This document shows positions 47,144-63,455 of a stretch of DNA of 64,000 nt, piece by piece. The translations under genes were made by a program, and so were the position numbers. The number at the start of each line of letters is the position of its first letter. Within the stretch, counting starts at the first letter, position 1. The notes beneath the pieces are model-generated. The model was not told the DNA's origin. It saw only the letters and a program-made list of their open reading frames with translations, and ran no database searches. The DNA comes from the human T2T-CHM13v2.0 reference genome, Homo sapiens, in assembly GCF_009914755.1 (NCBI RefSeq), contig NC_060928.1; one strand, given 5' to 3'.

Positions 47144-48637
47144 AGTTGATTAAGCATAAACCATTTAAGCCAACTTCTGTTATACTTATCAAAGTCATCA
47201 GTTTATTTAAAGATATGAAAAGAGCTTATATTGTTTGCAACATAATCAGATCTCCTAGGTTAGAATTTAATCCATTCTTTAAACTTTGGATTAAAGTAAC
47301 TATTATTTTTTGAGTTCTGAATTCAAAGAGAGGGAATGAAATGTAGTAGAAAGAAAACTAGAATAGAAAACAGAGAGAAAAAATAACCTTTAAGTCCCAC
47401 TTCTATCCCTTTCCAGACTTGGGAACAATAAAATAAAAATAGTGATATATCTCACAAAGTTGCTGAAAAAATATAAAAATATAGTATATACTAAAGAGTT
47501 TAATATTCCAGATAACTGTCCACACATTTAAAAATAAAAATATTATTTTTCCTTTTTTCCGTTATTTAAGTTTCCTAGTAGAATATAGTAGATGGCTGCT
47601 TTTAAATATGTATTATATCAACATAGCTAATAGACAATTGGAAATACAGTATTCACCAATATGAAAATTTTCCCATAGTACAGCAAAATTTTGAAGCCAA
47701 TTCTAAAAACATATTTAGCACAAACATTGCCTGAAATATTTTTGATGAGTATCATTGTTACAATCAAATAGAAGAAATAAGCAAAACCCACTACGCCATC
47801 ACACCATACATCACTACAAGGATCTGACTTACAGTTATATGGAATTTACAATTGGATTAACCACTCTGTATTTCAGTCATAACATTTACATTATTTCTTA
47901 GCCAACATTAGATTTATGTTGATTCACCATAAAAGGGAACATTCATTTCCATTACTTTATATATGTTGGTAAATTCTAAGGCACAAAATCAAGTTAACAG
48001 TGCTTCTATTGTAATTGTTTTATCACATCTCTGTACATCAGATTTCAAAAACCAAAGACTCATGTTGAAATTGGCTAACAACCAAAACACTCACTGTCAA
48101 ATTAACCGTTTCCATCTGAGGTGATAAATGGAGAGTTCATAAATGTGAACCATGGCATATGAAAAATAGCTCATTGACATCTGTTCTTAACATCTGGCTT
48201 TGTAATCGATGCACCAAAGCAAATGGGATATGCAATTCTGTTTAGACCCTCAAAATTAGGCTTTGTGATTATTTATGTCTGGGTTATATGCCCAGGTAGC
48301 ATCAACAAAATGAAAGAATTTACTGTTTCATTAATAAAAGACAAGCATTCAGGTCCATGCTTGCTTTACACCTATTCTTTATTCAGCAATAACTCAATAC
48401 CAGCAACATCATGACAATATTACTACAAGCCTTCTTCCCCCAGGAAAAGAAAAAGCCACACTCTTTCTATACCATATCCCTAGCTCTTCAGGAAAAACAC
48501 TGCCTCATTAACTTAAAACTTAAGTAAAGGTATATACACACATATACAGTTCCTCAAAGAGTTCTTTATAGGAAGACTCCTTTAAAACCATTAAATATTT
48601 ATTTCTAACAAACACTAAGAAAAAACTTTTCCTTAAG

Positions 48638-49010
48638 GATTTTCAAGTTCACCTAATATAAGATTAGCCATTAGATACAAATGTATGGTGGTTGTCTTTA
48701 CTGCAAAGTTTATTATAAATGCAACAACAATATGACATGGAGACGTGAGAAATAAAAGTAAGTTAAAGAAAGTGCAGAAAATGATGGTATTGGTGATTAA
48801 TGTGCTTCTACCATGAAAACTTAATGAATTTGGATACAGTCCTTAAAGAATTCAAAACAATTGTTTTGTATGGCTGACTAATAATATGACTAATTCATCC
48901 AGGAATAATTTATATAAACTTTTGTAAAAGATTCAATGAATCAAATTGTCCCAGTCTTGCACAATGATGTCTGTATCCTCAGGAAATAAACTACAAATCA
49001 TTCAAACCAT
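48638..49010 (+). pseudogene. Two candidate decayed exons (about 48638-48833 and 48903-49010) separated by a 69-bp intron-like gap
   Basis: ttttccttaag acceptor; LL*MQQQYDMET*EIK / KKVQKMMVLVINVLLP*KLNEF; then catccag|G NNLYK / VKDSMNQIVPVLHND; the first donor would have to be mutated (atacag). Confidence 0.35.
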
Positions 49011-49471
49011 AAGTTTTTGTGGAATTCTTAGGTTTATAAGCATGACTAAATGAGTCAAGTGGCCAATAGCTTGAAGTCTTTACTATTCCTGCTTATTTAG
49101 AAACAATGAATGACATTATTCATTTATCAAGAACTTGCAGTACACACAACTTACCAGATCCCATGCAGGTACCCGAGAATGCAACAAGTGAATTTACAGG
49201 GCACCTGGTCTGATAGAATTAAGCAGGCTAATAATTTCCTATATTATCATAAACTGATAGGAAGAGGAAGCACAAGACATAATGAACACATGAAAGGACT
49301 ACTTACCTCAAACTAGAGAAGCAGGGAAGGCTTCCTGAAGAAACCAATTTCTACGCTGAAAATGGAAGAATAAGTATATTAGACAAGGAATGGGGTGGTG
49401 CGTGACTAGGCAGAGGGAAGAGTGCATAAAAGCACAGAGATCAGAGGTAGAAAGAAAGAAAAAGAAGTGCA

Positions 49472-50131
<660 letters not shown>

Positions 50132-50619
50132 GGTATTATGGCAAAAGAATATAATGGAAAAGAGGAAAAGCATGTTAAGAAATAAAGATAGCAAAGGAAG
50201 CAGGATGCAGAAGATTATATAAGGAATTTTACACAATGTTAAGGATTTTGGATTTTATCCAAAGAGCAAATGAATGATTTGGCAGCAAATTGACAAGAAA
50301 ACATTTGTGATTTAGAATGATTACCATGGCCAATATATGGCAAAGGAATTGGAGAGGAGATTAAAAACTTGAAAGGATGATTTTTGAGACTCTTAATACT
50401 TTTAATAACACCATTATTACTGAATATACGTAGTGCTAGTCACTCCCTTGGAACAAAACTAAATTTTGCAAATAAGGTGCCACATCAATCTGTTTTACCT
50501 ACTTCACTGGTTTCTTTGGAGGAAAAAAATGTGTGTACAGCAAAGTACTGTTTTAAAAGTACTGTTGTATTTTTCCTTCTTAAAATTTCTATGCTAAATT
50601 CCTCTCAGGACTTTTATAC

Positions 50620-51055
50620 TAGTTAAGTATTACTGAGGAAAAACCACCCCAAAATTCACTAATTTAAAGCAACAATAATTTATCATTATAGCTTACAAAT
50701 CACAAGACTGGGGCTATAGTGACATAGGCTGGGATCATACTCATGCATCTGAGAAATCTCATATCCTCTTACTGGGATTACAGAGCTAAAACAGGTATGC
50801 CTTTCTCAGGGCAATGGCAGATGTGCAAGATGGAGTAAGACCAATCAAAAAAGCATGTTTCAAGACTCTGATTGAATCATATATGTTAGCATGCCATTGG
50901 CCAAAGTAAGTAACATGACTTCACCCAGAGTCAAGGATTAAGAAAGACTACCAGTCCACAGTGGGATGGTGCTACAAAGTTACAAGGTGAAGGGCATAGC
51001 TATATGAACCATAAAGAATTAAGTGCAAAACAGAGGTGAATGATGCAATCTACTA
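50620..51055. mobile_element. Old MLT1-type LTR
   Basis: aaaccaccccaaaattcact..ttaaagcaac, ccattggccaaagtaagtaacatg. Confidence 0.55.
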
Positions 51056-51582
51056 AAATTTAGTAGTAGGAAAAGATGTATGTCTTTTTTTTTCTTTTAA
51101 TGAACACAGTGACTACAATAACTCTTACCCTCTTTGGCCATTAAAAAGCTGAGGTATATTTTTGTAGCCATTATTAGTAATTGTATAAAATTAGACCATG
51201 TTTTAATCATGGGTTCCTAGTATGGTATCTGGCATTCAGGAGATAATCTATTTTTTAAGGTTGTTAAATGAATTTTGGGCAATTAATGAAGGTCAATGTA
51301 AGTTAATATACGTAAAACTTCAAATCACTGCCAAGGTTTAAAGCAATAATTTAAATGGACGCAATAAAATAATTAATTAATTTTACTATTAGTTACTTCT
51401 TAATTGGCTTATTAATTACTCTTAATATCAATATATGGTTATGATTATTAAGATTATGACTATACACTTGGTTATAAAAATAAAAGCGTTGATTATTATG
51501 AATATATACTTCTTATTTGAAGCTAATATTTTAACAAAGACCATTTTATTATACATTTATTATTTATTTACTCTAATGTTAG

Positions 51583-51675
51583 AAGGAGAAAATAAGGAAA
51601 GAAACGAATCAAAAACTTTACAATTAAATAAAGAAGGAAAAGCCAACAGCAATAGGACATGAAAATAATTATATT
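51583..51675 (+). pseudogene. Candidate decayed exon (phase 0-0)
   Basis: ttactctaatgttag|AAG...ATT|gtaatt; KEKIRKETNQKLYN*IKKEKPTAIGHENNYI. Confidence 0.3.
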
Positions 51676-52039
51676 GTAATTTTGCTAACATTTAATTGAA
51701 TATGCATTGATAAATATGTATTAATTTATCTTATAATATTCATATAGATATGGCAATAATGGAAACTCAGATTATATTGATACTACTTTAAAAAATCAGT
51801 TTTGAAATTGTCTAATATATTGTTTTCCAAACCCATGAACAGATTTTGACAGGCATTTTCCTAAAATGGAACTGTTGAAGGAGGCTTAATCTGGAATAAA
51901 GACCAAGCAATAAATGTCCTTATTGTGCATATTTGTGGTAGAAAAGATTGGTACCACAATACAAAGTTTAAATCTCATCTTAATTCTTTATTAAAATAAA
52001 AATAGTGCAGGTGGTTAATAATATACAAGAAGTGAAGCA

Positions 52040-52040
<1 letters not shown>

Positions 52041-52070
<30 letters not shown>
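52041..52070. repeat. (CA)n microsatellite
   Basis: 15 CA units. Confidence 0.95.
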
Positions 52071-52072
<2 letters not shown>

Positions 52073-53444
52073 TACACTAAAGAGTAATTTCAAAGAAACA
52101 TAATCCTAAGCACACTGGATGCCTCGCTGACTACAAATATTCTCATCCACAAGTAGTACTCAGCGTCTATACAGAAGTGTTCTTGAAAGAGTAGGTTATA
52201 AGAGTGTGGAAGAAAGCCAACCAACAGGCTTCCATGAAATGAGTGGGTTTAGTTCCCAGAATAAACTTGGGACACAATTTTTAAGAATTGATTCCTATTT
52301 TCTCTTCTATGCCCTAAATTTTGTTTTTTTTTTTTACATTTCTTTAGTCCAATTCTCATCTAAACGAGGCTAAATATTCACTGAATAGTTATGTTGAAAC
52401 ATGCAATTGTTCTTTCTGACAGTCAAAACAATTTCATATGGCTCAGTCTAATTCATGACCATTTTTATATTTAATCAAGTAATACTTTACATTTAATTCT
52501 TCTTAATACTTAATACTAAACCTATGGTTAAAACTCAATACTGATACTTATCAGATCTTTCATCTCTATTATTCATTTATATAAAATGATTACATAATTA
52601 CATAATTGGTTACATTAGCAAATAGGCTCCCCAAAGATAATGATAGTGGTACCACTACTGCTACACAATTTCCTAGAAGGCATCGCATCACACCAGGTGA
52701 TATTTAAAACCATTCCTTCATTAGCCAACATATAAAAGTGTGATTGTGGTATATAAAAAGTCATTTAGGTGTGGAACTTATTAATGCATAGGTACTATGG
52801 AAACAATCTATAAATGCCTTGATTATTTTTGAGGGAGCACATTATTTCACACTCACACTGATGTTCCCAGATTTTGTGACTCAGTCTCTGGCTTAGATCA
52901 TGCGCAGCTGGTCCCATAAGTAGTGAATAGCTTTGGCTTTAGAAAGCCTCAGGCTGCCCTGGCGCTAGGTATTTTGAAGTGGCCAGAGCTCTTCTCTGCC
53001 AAAATGTCTCAGCCTGCTGTCTATTTTCAGCAGAATGTGTGAATATTAGTGCCTCAGCCAGGCCCCTTCTGCTTCAGGCATCTCTGTGTGTCATCTGCAG
53101 GCACTTTCATATGCTGCTTGAAGAAATGGAAGTCAAAACATTTTTGGAAAGCAATTGGCCATTATTATTAACAACTTTAAGCTTTGGCCTGCACTTTGAC
53201 CCAAGTAGATTCACTTGCAGGAATCTATCTGGAAGGAGAAATATATGTGTATATACATATACACATATATACATATAAATATGTATTTGTAAAAAGATTT
53301 CCTTACAACAATGCTTGTCAAAACCCTATTCCTACTAAGAAAAAAGTGAAAACTAAACCAAATATTTCTCAAAATAAAGAAAATGTTAAATTATATAACA
53401 CATTTATACATATCATGAAGCCACTGAAAATGAAAAAGTATAAC

Positions 53445-53596
53445 ACTTATCGGAAGAAGTATAAATTATAAAGATTAATAGAATAAAAAGTAATTTCAAC
53501 TACTTAAAAATACATAGAAACTTATTAAAAGAAGTATAAATTACAAAGATTAATAGAATAAAGAGTAATTTCAACTACTTAAAAATACATAGAAAA
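53445..53596. repeat. About 75-bp tandem duplication
   Basis: aagaagtataaatta(t/c)aaagattaatagaataaa(g)agtaatttcaactacttaaaaatacatagaaa starts at 53454 and at 53529. Confidence 0.9.
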
Positions 53597-54459
53597 ATAT
53601 ACAGGAAAAATACTTTAAATAATATAAAAGAGATGCCCAGACTCTAGCAGTTTGATGTCTGATGTGTTATTTATTTTTTCATAAGTAACTGACTTTTTTC
53701 CAAAGATAGAGAACAGTGACACACGACCAGAGCCCAGCCACGTTTTTTTCTTTTCTTTCTCCCAACTTCTGCCATCAGAAGTAAGGGAATGGGAAAGGCA
53801 TCTTGTTTCTCACTTGTCTATCTTGCCCACAGAATGTCCACCTGAAGGTGGGTAGTTGAGCCTCACCGGATTATCTGCTCCTAAGGCACCCTACTAGGTG
53901 ACATGTGGAAGCAAAGTATCTTTAGCACATATGCTTTATCTTGCTCAGTGTGAACAATTACAGTGACACTGGGAACTGAATCATTCTTGCAGTGCCCCAG
54001 ACAGACCAGGGTAAATTTGCTGTTTATCTTGTAGTACCACAATACTTGCATAAATCATCTTGATCTCTGCTGTCTTTCCAGATTTCAAAGGATGTAAAAT
54101 CACAAAAGTAACATCCAGAAATCCCTCAGGTAATCATAGGTTACTGTTATAAACAGATATTAAATAGGCATTTAAAACATAAGTTAGTGTCTACTCAACC
54201 AGGACTTCACATATCAGGATTTCAGGACATTTCAAGAACACTTTCTGGAATGTATAGGGTTGCTCTACCTTCCACACCTTTGACTTTGTGCCTTGATTTT
54301 TCTTAGTTGACTCCAGCAGTGCAATGTCTCTGCATGTGGCATTCAGCTAGTCTGCCTCTTCCCAAGACTGAGGGCTCCTGCAGGTTTTGACTTCCATACT
54401 CCAAAAGGACATTCATACTTAAAAAATGGTTTCTTCGTTACCTTAAGCATTTTGTATGT

Positions 54460-54590
54460 ATTATATTAATATATATTATATATTATAATATATATTATAG
54501 ATGATATATAATATAAAATGATATTTAATATTATATATATCATAATAGTATATAATTTTATTATTACATAATATAATATCATAATATCTA
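54460..54590. repeat. AT-rich low-complexity tract
   Basis: tattatattaatatatattata... Confidence 0.8.
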
Positions 54591-55059
54591 GTGGATTATT
54601 TTAAAGAAGCTGAATTTCTTCATTTCAGTGAACATTTTCAAACTTTAATCTAACATATTTTCTTCCATGCAAAATTTTTCATTGATATAATCAATTAAAA
54701 TTCACTTAAAAACATAAATGTACAAATCGCCTTGTACGGATGTATGTTTTATGTCAACTTCTCTTTGTTCTGTGGCTATCATGTGCACTCCGTACCCCAG
54801 CCATCTTGCATGTGTATGCTCTTCTTCACAACAAGAATGGGATGAAAGGGTGTGGAGGAGTCAGTGTCAATCCGTTACAATTATTTGAAAAACAACTTAA
54901 AACCCACGGCCAGCTGATGGCGGTTCAATAAAATCTTCTCCATATGTGCAGGGCATCCAAATTTTAAGTCGATTTTTTTCTCTTTAGTAAAAATACAAGT
55001 TATATTTCTATCAGGGTGCATATTCACTAAATTACTTGGGAAATTTTGATGTAATACCT

Positions 55060-56700
55060 TTTTCCAGCTTTATTAAGGCATAACTGACAAAAATTATACA
55101 TATTTAAGGTATACCTGTGATGTTTTGCTATACATTGTGAAATGATTACCATAATCAAGCTAATTAACATATCCATCCCCTCTCATATTTACCTTTTGGC
55201 ATGTGTGCTGAGAACACTTTCAATCTAGCTTTTCAGCATATTTCAAGTGTCCAGTACAATATTATTAATTATAGTCACCATGCTGTACATTAGATCGCCA
55301 GAAGTTACTCATCCTGCACAACTGAAACTTTGTATCCCTTGACCATCTCTTTTTCCTCCACCTTTCAGGCTCTGGCAACCACCATTCTACTTACTGCATT
55401 TGAGTTCAACTTATTGATTCCACATTAAGATTGGGTGCTATTTCTGTTTCTGTGCCTGGTTTATTTCACGTAGAATAATGTCCTACAGGTTTATTCATGT
55501 TTTCACAAATGACGAGTTTTTTTTTTTTTTTTAAGGCTATATTCCATTATGGTATGAGTGTGTGTGCATGTGTATGTGTGTGCAGTCACAATTTACTTGT
55601 CCATTCATCCATCAGTGGACACTTAGGTTGATTCCATATCTTGGCTATTATGAATAGTCCTGCAATTAATACTGCAGATATGTCTTCAAGATACTGATTT
55701 ACTTTCTGTTAAATATATACAGAGAAGTGGGATTGCTGGATCCCATGGTAGTTCCATTTTAATTTTTTGAGAAACCTCTATATTGTTTTCCATAATGGCT
55801 GTACTAATTTACATTTCTGCCATCAGTGTACAGGCTTCTTTTGTCTGTTTGTTTACATCCTCACCAACACTTGTTACCTTTTGTCTTTTTGATAATGCCA
55901 TTCTAACATGTGTGAGGCACTGTTACATTATGGTTATGATTTGCATACCTTCATGATTAGTGACGCCAAACATTTTGTTCATATAGCTGTTGGCATTTGT
56001 ATGCTTTTTTTTTTTTTGAGAAATGTCTATTCATGTCCTTTGCCCATTTTTAAAATCTGATTATTTGTTTTCTTGCCATTGAGTTGTTTGAGTTCTTTCT
56101 ATATTTGGATATTAATCCCTTATCAGAAGTATGGTATCTCAGTTCATTCAGCTGCAATAACAAAAATACAATAAACTGGATGGATTATAAACAACAGAAA
56201 TTTATTTCTTACAGTCCTAAAGGCTGGAAAATTTAAGATCAAGGGACTGACACATTTGATGTCTAGTAAGGGCTCATTTTCTGATTCATAGATAATGCCT
56301 TCTTACATGGTGGAAGGGGCAATGTGTCTCTCTGGGGCCTCTTTTAGAGGGGACTAACCCCACTTATGAGATTTCCACCCTCATAATCTAGTCACCTCTT
56401 AAAGGCCCTTTATGCAAATACAATCACATTGATGATTAGGTTTCAACATCTAAGTTCTGTGGAGACACAAACATTCAGATCATAGCATGTGGTTTGCAAA
56501 TATTTTCTCCCATTCCATCGTCTGCATTCCATCTCCCATTCCATTGTCTCTACTTTGTTGATTGTTTACTTTCCCATGCAGAAACTTTTTAATTTATATA
56601 GTTACGTTTGTCTATTTTTGTCTTCGTTACCTTTGCTTTTGGAGTCATATACAAAAAATTATTTCCCAGACCAATGTCAAGCTTTGCCTTTCTACTTCTT
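55060..56700 (-). mobile_element. L1MA/L1MB 3' end, antisense, interrupted by MLT1A
   Basis: atagtcaccatgctgtacattagatc, tccattcatccatcagtggacacttaggttgattccatatcttggc. Confidence 0.85.
56135..56487 (-). mobile_element. MLT1A-type MaLR LTR
   Basis: gctgcaataacaaaa...aaacaacagaaatttatttcttacag...cattcagatcatagca; 5-bp TSD tatgg / tgtgg. Confidence 0.8.
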
Positions 56701-57395
56701 TGTATATAACAATGTTTTGTTATACCATTCATTAAAAACAAATATCAAACAATTAGAGCTTGCAAAGACAAAGTTTTATAAGTATGGTAAAGGAGAAGAA
56801 AGGCAATATTATTACATAGAAAGTTGTGATAATGTCTTTTACATACAAAAGTAAATTTTAAAATAATATGTTTGATTTTAATAGTTAGGGAAAAAAGGTT
56901 TTAGTCCATTTGAAAATTCATTCTATAATACATGAAAATATAGTCATTATAAATTTTTAGTTCTGGTAACTTCATGTAACTAAAATACCATTAAAGATCA
57001 TCATCATAGAAATAAGTCACTTATGGTCTTTTTTCGGTTGCATAAAACTTTAGTAGTTTTAAACACGTTTGATCTCATATATGAGTAAACCTACTTGAAA
57101 CTTCAAAGATTAACCTACCAGGATAGAAAAAAATGAACATGAAATTAGAGGAAAAGTGAAATATATAAAGTACTTCGAGGCTGCAAATAAGTCATGGATT
57201 TTTATTCTTGGGAAGGGTAAACTACATAATATAACAGAGGTTGTATTTCAAAATAAAACAACATTGATTTTGTTTGAATATATATCTATAGTCACAAGTT
57301 CCAATGAATATTTTGAATGCCCTAGCCATCAAAAAAATAAATGAAAGGAACCAAGAGTAATTAATTTAAGTCCACTGCCTTAAGTCATATAATTA

Positions 57396-57910
<515 letters not shown>

Positions 57911-58679
57911 TGAACAACTTAATGCATCCCAGGTATAATATTAATTATGCATGATTTATTAGTCAATTTGCATTCTATCATTTAGTATTACTTATAACAT
58001 TATAAAAATAGCTAGTAGAATTAGTAAATTAATAATGCTGTTTTATAATGGTATACTGATGAAAAATAGTGACAAATTTCATGATATCAATGAAGGAATT
58101 GCTTTAAAGAAAACAACTTAAACAAGTATGAAAAAACTAGATTTATATTTTATTTAAAAAATAATATACCATCAAAAATTATAGTTCTTAGCCCTATCAA
58201 AATATATAGTGATACATATATCAAATCCATATACTATTATGTAGTAATTATCACTATCGAAATTTATTTTACGTATTTACTTTTTTTCTTTCTCCTTCCT
58301 TTATTCCTTTATACAAACATATATTTAATGTAAGCTCTATGACAGTATGGAAATATTTTGCTTCCCACTATATTGGTTTATTTTAAACTGCATCCTCTGA
58401 ACCTAAAAATCAAGCCAGAAATACAGATATCAATAATTACCTCAAAAATTGCAAACATTGTCAAGATCATTTGTGTGTCAATATAAATTTTGACAGACTA
58501 TTTCTAATCTTCATTTTACAGTAATAGGCTACTTTATAGACTTCAGATTGTAGAGAAATCATTTTCCCTCTAATTCTTAGAATCACTGTATGTTCCATTT
58601 TCGTATGTACTTGTCTTTAAACAATTTACCTTTGAATGTGTTGCTCTCTTCTTGGAATGCACAAATGCTCTGGTATTTT

Positions 58680-59130
58680 ACATGGCTTAAAACACCTAAC
58701 AAATCTATGATTTAGGCATGGCTGGGAAGAAATACTTATTTCCACTCCACAGTGTCTCATACCTCAGTTGAGTTGACTCTAATGGCTGGTGGCTAGAATA
58801 GCTAGGGACTGGCCAGGCATCCATTTTTCTGCATGTTTTCTTAGGTCCCCTTTGTGTGCTCACTCAATATTGTCTTTACATCATGGCGGCCTCAGGGTAG
58901 CCAAATTTCTAACGTGTTGTCTAGGGCTCCAAGGGCTAGTGTTTCAAGAAGCATGGAGGAAAACTGCAAAGTTTCCAATGACCTCACCTATAAATTTCCA
59001 GAAGGTCATTTTGCTTTAGCTTATTGATTATATGAGTCACTACTGCTATCCTTGTTTCAAGGGGAGAAAAACACTACTGCATAACTGGTAGCACAGCAAA
59101 ATATTGAAACCCTCTTTTATCTACCACAAT
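58680..59130. mobile_element. Old MLT1-type LTR
   Basis: tggcttaaaaca, ctcagggtagccaaatttcta, ctaccaca end. Confidence 0.5.
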
Positions 59131-60299
59131 GATAGACTCTGGCTTATCCCTATTGAGCATTCAATCCAGAATATTCTCATTTCAACCAGAAAAAATCATC
59201 TATGATAGGTTTTAAAATATATTTCCTTATTTATATCATCAGATGATCTCCAATGTTAGGCATGCTTTAATTTTTTTATTATTGTTATAGTGCCTAGGAA
59301 AGAGTAGTCATTTCAAAATTATGTATTTTTTGAGTGAATGATTTTCAAAGTAGCTGTTTGAGATATCAAAATAAAAGATACCATTGGTTTCCCATGACAC
59401 ATAAAATGAATTTGAAACTTCCTAACCCTCATGGGACTTCATAATTGGGACTCTCATGATTTTTCCTGTCTCAATTTCCATCATCCCTGGCAGGGCCTGC
59501 AGCCTAAGTCTAATAAATAAGTCTAATAAATAAGATTCAGTAAAAAAAAGTGTTAAGTTATTCTCCCCCATAATGTAGTGAGGTCAAACTGTCCACAATC
59601 ACCTGAACAGTGCGTTTCCCATTTCTAATTTTTTATGTAGTTTATAACATATACCCAGGATTCCCTTTCTCCTTCGTTTGGTGAAATTTTTATCATTTTT
59701 TAACTTTAAAGTCAAATGTCATTTTTCTGTGAAGACTTCACTTAACAGCTCAGTTAACCACTCCTACTTTTTGTTCCAAAATCTCTTATCATTTATGATG
59801 GCTCTGCATTTTAGTTGCTTACTTAAGAACTGCCTTGGAGTCACACTTCACTGCAGGTGTAATTCCTTAAAGTATTCACAGGAAGCCCAAAGGCTAAATT
59901 GACTTGGCTGTAAAACCTGGCAGAGGAGCCAAGCTCACTAAGCCCTGCCTCTAGTTCTGTCTTGCTCTGGCTAAATTCCAGACTACATTTCCTTTCTAAC
60001 AAGTCTTGCGGGTTGGGATGGGATGCTCCAGAAGTATAGTAGGTGTAAGACGAGCTAATGACCTGGCAGAAGACTGGATGTCTACAGGTACATCAAAGAT
60101 TATTACAGGGAGCCCCTGTCACTCAAACTGAGAACACATCATTAGAGACTCATTTGAGAGATTAATACAGGTGGCCTTTATCCTATATCACCCACTGCCT
60201 TGGCCTCTCACAGTACTTTAGTCTCACTTGGTAGTAAATCCACAACCCCATCAACAAGCGGGGCACTATTTACTAATCTTCACCTTCATCTTCTGCAAA

Positions 60300-61200
<901 letters not shown>

Positions 61201-63229
61201 TCCTGGAAGCAGGGCCTGCAGCCTAAGTCTAATAAATAAGATTCTGAATTTGGGGGGAAATATTTAGCTATGGGTTTTTTCTTGAAACCTACCAAGGAAT
61301 CGATTCAATTTCAAGTAACCCTTGCCCTAGTCAATATGATTTCCTATTCCAGTGAACTCCAGGGCAATGACAATGTCATGGAGTTGCACTGTGTAGTACT
61401 CCACCTATTGCATATCACCTTGCAGAACTATACATAACTAAACATTTATAGGTCCTTAAATATCACCAGATCAACATTGTCTTATAGTGTTTTGTGGTAC
61501 AGAACTATAAGGCCCACACAAATGCTTGTCTCACATTTTAATAAACACTAAATCCATTTAATTTTTTTGTGAAATATGTTTTATCTTCCCATAGACATGA
61601 TACTACCTCAGGCAGAGGTAGAACAGGTTTCCTTCCAAAAAACATAAAGTGATGATTTAGGAACATATCCCTGATTAACAAGCCAAGCTTCATGAACCAA
61701 TTGCATTTTCTTTCCCTGTCTCCCCAGCAATAAATCCAACTGACTATATTGTGGTTTTATCTTGGTCATATCTTTTAAGCTTGAAATTGGTTTCTGTTTC
61801 TCTCTGGTAAGACCTAGGTTACTAAGCTATTATTATCAGTGAGGATTCTTGGCATTTAGCAACAGAAAGCACTGTGTTTGTATCTTAAGCAAGAAATGAA
61901 ATATTGGAAAAATATCAGGGTATCACAAAAATAATAGGATCCTGAAGTATCAGTTTGGAAATATTTTTTTTAAAAACCAAGAGCTTTTGAGAAGACCAGA
62001 CAATAATAGGCAAAGCAAGGTCACACAAGTAGAAGCTGGCTACTAGAAAAAATATGACCTTCACCCATCTCCCTGTTCATGCCTTGTCATGAGATTTGGG
62101 TGGCTGAGTTTATGCTACCTGTTCACCCTGCATTTATGGGAGTGGAGACAATGAGTATCTGCTCTCTTTCACCTCTATATGGGAAGTGCTCATTACTTCT
62201 CACCAAGACTACTCATAATAGAGTCATCCTGAAAAAACAATCAGAATACCAATGGAAAGGAGAGGTAGGATGGTGTACTGCCAAAATATAACAAATTATT
62301 CATCAATTCCTTATTTGTTCATTTATTCAACAGATATATATCAAAATATGTGCCTAGTAGTCACAGGGAATAGCTGGAAAAAATACTGAGAGAGATTAAA
62401 ATAAGGGTAGGTAAGAAAAGTAGACAGGAGAATAAATACTGTTGGAGGTTATAAGCCTGTAAGCCTGGTAAAGAGTTTACATTTTATTTTCAGTGCAATT
62501 GTGAGATTTCATCAGAGTAGTAATGTTAACTAACCTTTTTAAAAGACCACTCTGACTGCAAGGGGATAATAGAATGCAAACAGATCAAGAGTGGAAGCTG
62601 GACAATTATTAAGGTTCTAGGCTGCAAGCATCAGAAACGTACTTTAAGTATGTGGAAGACAATCAAGTAACCCACAGAATCATCCAGAAAGCTAGAGGAT
62701 CAGATACAGAAGTCCTACAGGAATCAAGAAGGGGTAGACAATAAGAAACACAGCTGAATTAAGATAAAGACATAAGCTGGTGGGATTCCCTCCCAAATGC
62801 CACTGCCACTGGTTACAGTACTCTGCTGATCTCAAATGTTCCCCTGGATTCTAGATGTCTCCACGTTGTCATAGGCGTTTTCCCAATTCTTCCTGCCTTT
62901 GTGTATCGTTCTCTTTATATTCATACTCCTGAGTTACCCAAAGTCTGAACCTGTGCCATATGCCCAAACTCAAACTTCCAAAGAATGGAGACAAAAAGAA
63001 CATGGCTTTTTTTGGTTTCACTAATGAAAGTCAGGGAAGTGCCTCCAACCAATTCTTACATAATAGAGAACTCCCTAAAACTAAAACTCCCTAAACAATG
63101 ATATTAAGAGGCAGCATTTTCCTAAATAAATATCCACAGATGTAAACTAGTATTGAATTGTCAATGAGACATGGAAGACCTTGGATCTGCAGCCTGAAAA
63201 AGTATGTGTTGGAATGGTTGAGTGCAGGC

Positions 63230-63455
63230 TATCGAATGAGATTGTCTGAGTTGAAACACCTGCTCTTCCACTTAGTTCCTATGTGATATTGAGCAAGTTA
63301 CAAAACTCCACATTCCAGACTCTTTATCATTTAAAAAGATATAATAGCAATAATTATTAAGAATTGTAGGACAATTGTAAGAATTAGTTTATGAATGTAC
63401 TTAGTACTGGGTCTGGCACTTAGTAGTAAGCATATTATAAATCTTAGCTATTCTT
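63230..63455 (+). mobile_element. MIR
   Basis: tgtctgagttgaaacacctgctcttccacttag...tgagcaagtta...ctggcacttagtagtaagc. Confidence 0.65.

Noticed and set aside
56489-57344. ORFs of 121 and 62 aa
   Set aside because: The first is mostly antisense L1; the unique tails (LKTNIKQLELAKTK; IEKNEHEIRGK) might be further relic exons but lack clear boundaries.
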